Translations under genes and position numbers: made by a program
Shown here: positions 59,411-64,000 of the stretch, piece after piece
Position numbering within the stretch: the first letter of the stretch is position 1
How the letters are laid out: each line of letters opens with the position of its first letter
Source: Macrostomum hystrix
Taxonomy: Eukaryota > Animalia > Platyhelminthes
DNA length: 64,000 bases
Assembly: GCA_950097015.1 (NCBI GenBank)
Contig: CATNEN010000005.1
Coordinates: forward strand, 2,108,001-2,172,000
Direction: 5' to 3'
The notes under the pieces: generated by a model
The model's database searches: none
Told to the model about the DNA's origin: nothing
Seen by the model: the letters and a program-made list of their open reading frames with translations, nothing else

Positions 59411-60004
59411 TAGTAAGTGCAAAACAGAAGTTGAAAACGAGGTCCACTTCCTTTTTAAGTGCACTTGGAATAAGTATAGCGCAGCACGTTCAAAATTTGA
59501 GACGGAAGTTTCTGGGAAAACCCCCAATTTCATATCCTTAACAGCAGAAGAAAAATCTAACTACATAATGGCCCAAGACGATAGGGAAACCGCTGAAGCT
59601 TTAGCAAAATACATCATAGAAATATCTAAAATAAGGGAACAGCTGCCCTGAGACTACGAGATCTTACTAGCATTCAACAATAGATATTTCATATTTTGTT
59701 TTATCCCTGGCGTCCCTTGTGTTTTTACTGCTCTTATTTTTAATACCTTTGCTTTCCCTTCCCAGCTCGATATTTGATTCCTACTAAACTTCGCTTTTTA
59801 TGTTGCTTTTCGTTGTTCATTTAAATGTGTTGTTAAAAAATATATATAAAAAAATCAGCACCCATAGATGGCGTGCGCGTTTTAATAATAATAATAATAA
59901 TACACAGCTTTCTGGTTAGGCCACATAACAAGGTTCGGCAAAGTTTATAAACCGTTGCATATTTCCAACACGCCACCGTTGTCTCATTTCTGCCGCGACT
60001 TTCA

Positions 60005-60625
60005 CGTCTCATCTCATCCGTGTCAGATCTCTGCCGTGTCTCATCTCTCCCGTGTCAGATCTCTGACATGTCTCATCTCTCCCGTGTCAGATCTCTGACA
60101 TGTCTCATCTCTCCCGTGTCAGATCTCCGCCATGTCTCATCTCTCCCGTGTCAGATCTCTGCCATGTCTCATCTCTCCCGTGTCAGATCTCTGACATGTC
60201 TCATCTCTCCCGTATCAGATCTCTGCCATGTCTCATCTCTCCCGTATCAGATCTCTGACATGTCTCATCTCTCCCGTATCAGATCTCTGACATGTCTCAT
60301 CTCTCCCGTGTCAGATCTCTGCCATGTCTCATCTCTCCCGTGTCAGATCTCTGACATGTCTCATCTCTCCCGTATCAGATCTCTGCCATGTCTCATCTCT
60401 CCCGCGTCAGATCTCTGACATATCTCATCTCTCCCGTATCAGATCTCTGACATGTCTCATCTCTTCCGTGTCAGATCTCTGCCGTGTCTCATCTCTCCCG
60501 TGTCAGATCTCCGCCATGTCTCATCTCTCCCGTGTCAGATCTCTGCCGTGTCTCATCTCTCCCGTGTCAGATCTCTGCCGTGTCTCATCTCTCCCGTGTC
60601 AGATCTCTGCCGTGTCTCATCTCTT
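60005..60625. repeat. 32-bp minisatellite (TCTCATCTCTCCCGTGTCAGATCTCTGCCATG)n
   Basis: Visible units. Confidence 0.95.
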
Positions 60626-61529
60626 AGCTCTACATTGTCTTATCATTGCTTGCCCTATCTCTCCCGTCTTGTCTCTTCCCTATAAAAAGCAATCAAAAAC
60701 ACGGTAATGTGGCCTTTAAAGGCTAAAATAACTGCCGTGAGTGAGATTTTTTTATTGCGTCAAAAAACTATTTTTAAAGAAAATTTTCTGTACTTTTCTT
60801 TCTAAGAGTTTGAACTAATTAAGCAGCTTGATTGGATTCGACGTAGAGCAAAGACCAAAGCTAGCCTAGAGTATTTTAGCGAATCGGAATTACTGCAAAC
60901 CCGAAATGGGAAGGGGCAAAATAAACTCTAAAGTAAGAAAAGTAAGAAAGAAAGAACAAGGATAGAAAGTGAGCAGAGACCAGCCAACTAAATGAGGATG
61001 CGTGAGGCGGTCCGGTGAGCACAGAAGGGAAATGAGAGATGTGGCGGACAAGAAACCGAAGGGACAGACTGACAGACTTTTGCTCTTAAGGGATTCTGTT
61101 TCACAGATATTCCAATCCAACTATAGGAGAATCCCTTACTCGGTGTTTGAAGCCTCCCAAAGGAGGGGGTGGGGAATAAAGTCCCACATTCGACTGACTG
61201 ACAAAGTCGACTGTCGAGTTTGTGTTTGTGGGCTTGTTGTCTGTGCTTTAATTTTACAAATCAAGACTGGTCAAATAAAGGCAGGCATCAAAGTACATAG
61301 TTAGAAAATGAGAGCGATTATCGTTTTTAGAACTCTGATCTAGAAATTATATTTCAATCTGGTTAAGTGATTGATATTTTTCTAATAGCTCGTAGGCCAG
61401 ACTTAGACGACATTCCAGAATCTTAACTTTACTAATCAAGAAGCCGATGAGACAGAAAGGCTTTTAAACTAGACGTTTCCGAATTTGGAAATCGACAACA
61501 CACTAATACAAATATTACTGCATCTGAAA

Positions 61530-64000
61530 GTAGCCTAATCTAGAAATTTCCGAATCTGTAAGTAGCCTAATCTAGAAATTTCCGAATCTGTAATAAGTAG
61601 CTAAGTCTAGAAATTTCCGAATCTGTAATAAGTAGCTAAGTCTAGAAATTTCCGAATCTGTAATAAGTAGCTAAGTCTAGAAATTTCCGAATCTGTAATA
61701 AGTAGCTAAGTCTAGAAATTTCCGAATCTGTAATAAGTAGCTAAGTCTAGAAATTTCAGAATCTGTAAGTAGCCAAATCTAGAAATTTCCGAATCTGTAA
61801 TAAGTAGCTAAGTCTAGAAATTTCCGAATCTGTAATAAGTAGCTAAGTCTAGAAATTTCCGAATCTGTAATAAGTAGCTAAGTCTAGAAATGTCCGAATC
61901 TGTAAGTAGCCTAATCTAGAAATTTCCGAATCTGTAATAAGTAGCTAAGTCTAGAAATTTCCGAATCTGTAATAAGTAGCTAAGTCTAGAAATTTCAGAA
62001 TCTGTAAGTAGCCAAATCTAGAAATTTCCGAATCTGTAATAAGTAGCTAAGTCTAGAAATTTCCGAATCTGTAATAAGTAGCTAAGTCTAGAAATTTCCG
62101 AATCTGTAATAAGTAGCTAAGTCTAGAAATTTCCGAATCTGTAATAAGTAGCTAAGTCTAGAAATTTCCGAATCTGTAATAAGTAGCTAAGTCTAGAAAT
62201 GTCCGAATCTGTAAGTAGCCTAATCTAGAAATTTCCGAATCTGTAAGTAGCCTAATCTAGAAATTTCCGAATCTGTAAGTAGCCTAATCTAGAAATTTCG
62301 AATCTGTAAGTAGCCTAATCTAGAAATTTCCGAATCTGTAAGTAGCCTAATCTAGAAATTTCCGAATCTGTAGGTAGCCTAATCTAGAAATTTCCGAATC
62401 TGTAAGCAGCCTAATCTAGAAATTTCCGAATCTGTAAGTAGCCAAATCTAGAAATTTCCGAATCTGTAAGTAGCCTAATCTAGAAATTTCCGAATCTGTA
62501 GGTAGCCTAATCTAGAAATTTCCGAATCTGTAAGCAGCCTAATCTAGAAATTTCCGAATCTGTAAGTTGCCTAATCTAGAAATTTCGAATCTGTAATAAG
62601 TAGCTAAGTCTAGAAATTTCCGAATCTGTAAGTAGCCTAATCTAGAAATTTCGAATCTGTAAGTAGGCTAATCTAGAAATTTCCGAATCTGTAAGCAGCC
62701 AAATCTAGAAATTTCCGAATCTGTAATAAGTAGCTAAGTCTAGAAATTTCAGAATCTGTAAGTAGCCAAATCTAGAAATTTCCGAATCTGTAATAAGTAG
62801 CTAAGTCTAGAAATTTCCGAATCTGTAATAAGTAGCTAAGTCTAGAAATTTCCGAATCTGTAAGTAGCCTAATCTAGAAATTTCGAATCTGTAAGTAGCC
62901 TAATCTAGAAATTTCGAATCTGTAAGTAGCCAAATCTAGAAATTTCCGAATCTGTAAGTAGCCAAATCTAGAAATTTCCGAATCTGTAAGCAGCCAAATC
63001 TAGAAATTTCCGAATCTATAAGTAGCCAAATCTAGAAATTTCCGAATCTGTAAGCAGCCAAATCTAGAAATTTCCGAATCTGTAAGTAGCCAAATCTAGA
63101 AATTTCCGAATCTATAAGTAGCCAAATCTAGAAATTTCCGAATCTGTAAGTAGCCTAATCTAGAAATTTCGAATCTGTAAGTAGGCTAATCTAGAAATTT
63201 CCGAATCTGTAAGCAGCCAAATCTAGAAATTTCCGAATCTGTAATAAGTAGCTAAGTCTAGAAATTTCAGAATCTGTAAGTAGCCAAATCTAGAAATTTC
63301 CGAATCTGTAATAAGTAGCTAAGTCTAGAAATTTCCGAATCTGTAATAAGTAGCTAAGTCTAGAAATTTCCGAATCTGTAAGTAGCCTAATCTAGAAATT
63401 TCGAATCTGTAAGTAGCCTAATCTAGAAATTTCGAATCTGTAAGTAGCCAAATCTAGAAATTTCCGAATCTGTAAGTAGCCAAATCTAGAAATTTCCGAA
63501 TCTGTAAGCAGCCAAATCTAGAAATTTCCGAATCTATAAGTAGCCAAATCTAGAAATTTCCGAATCTGTAAGCAGCCAAATCTAGAAATTTCCGAATCTG
63601 TAAGTAGCCAAATCTAGAAATTTCCGAATCTATAAGTAGCCAAATCTAGAAATTTCCGAATCTGTAAGTAGCCTAATCTAGAAATTTCGAATCTGTAAGT
63701 AGGCTAATCTAGAAATTTCCGAATCTGTAAGCAGCCAAATCTAGAAATTTCCGAATCTGTAATAAGTAGCTAAGTCTAGAAATTTCAGAATCTGTAAGTA
63801 GCCAAATCTAGAAATTTCCGAATCTGTAATAAGTAGCTAAGTCTAGAAATTTCCGAATCTGTAATAAGTAGCTAAGTCTAGAAATTTCCGAATCTGTAAG
63901 TAGCCTAATCTAGAAATTTCGAATCTGTAAGTAGCCTAATCTAGAAATTTCGAATCTGTAAGTAGCCAAATCTAGAAATTTCCGAATCTGTAAGTAGCCA
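61530..64000. repeat. 31/32/35-bp satellite (TCTAGAAATTTCCGAATCTGTAAGTAGCCTAA)n with a 518-bp higher-order repeat; runs off the window
   Basis: Visible monomers; the rare GTAGGCTAA variant occurs at 62663, 63181 and 63699. Confidence 0.97.

Larger units (their letters stand above)
56020..59854 (+). mobile_element. 5'-truncated non-LTR retrotransposon (LINE, RTEX-like by inference) interrupted by the mariner
   Basis: RT ORF 56135-57592 with QGCPLSPLLFSLYI and YCDD. One in-frame TAA (57590-92), then ELGRLPL. Removing the mariner restores RLCSKCKTEVENEVHFLFKC (CCHC). Stop at 59651, A-rich tail near 59835-59854. No APE endonuclease upstream; 5' boundary approximate. Confidence 0.85.

Noticed and set aside
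58343-59447. Overlapping antisense and alternate-frame ORFs in the mariner
   Set aside because: Shadow ORFs of a GC-richer transposase gene; two are chimeric across the TIR and LINE junction.
60890-61304. Possible endonuclease remnant
   Set aside because: No convincing APE motifs.

Overview
Eukaryotic (metazoan invertebrate) genomic DNA: spliceosomal GT-AG introns, poly-Q/CAG tracts and about 40% tandem repeat by my rough tally. The host may be a free-living flatworm, but that is weak inference. Four intron-containing genes can be reconstructed by hand. (1) A nicotinic acetylcholine receptor alpha subunit (+, 8344-20890, 10 coding exons, 555 aa). (2) Nicastrin (-, 26074-23500, 2 exons). (3) OSTM1 (-, 30431-27234, 3 exons). 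(4) A coiled-coil/PDZ/PDZ/SH3 MAGUK-like gene with no guanylate kinase domain (-, at least 48727 to 32603; 5' end unresolved). Mobile DNA comprises an intact DD34D mariner (58065-59410) inserted into the CCHC finger of a 5'-truncated LINE, a deleted mariner (43839-44539) and two tRNA-derived SINE families. About 30 different minisatellites fill most large introns and intergenic gaps; most long ORFs in the supplied track are artefacts of these arrays. The main leads are: imperfectly complementary G-rich/C-rich minisatellite pairs at opposite ends of the two longest introns; a near-perfect inverted minisatellite pair at 1-2103; a 58-bp array amplified from a hairpin inside a SINE; 3' splice acceptors 16-22 nt upstream of three start codons (possible SL trans-splicing/operon); and a 518-bp 16-mer higher-order satellite at the window end. 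No CRISPR array, rRNA or intact tRNA gene was found.
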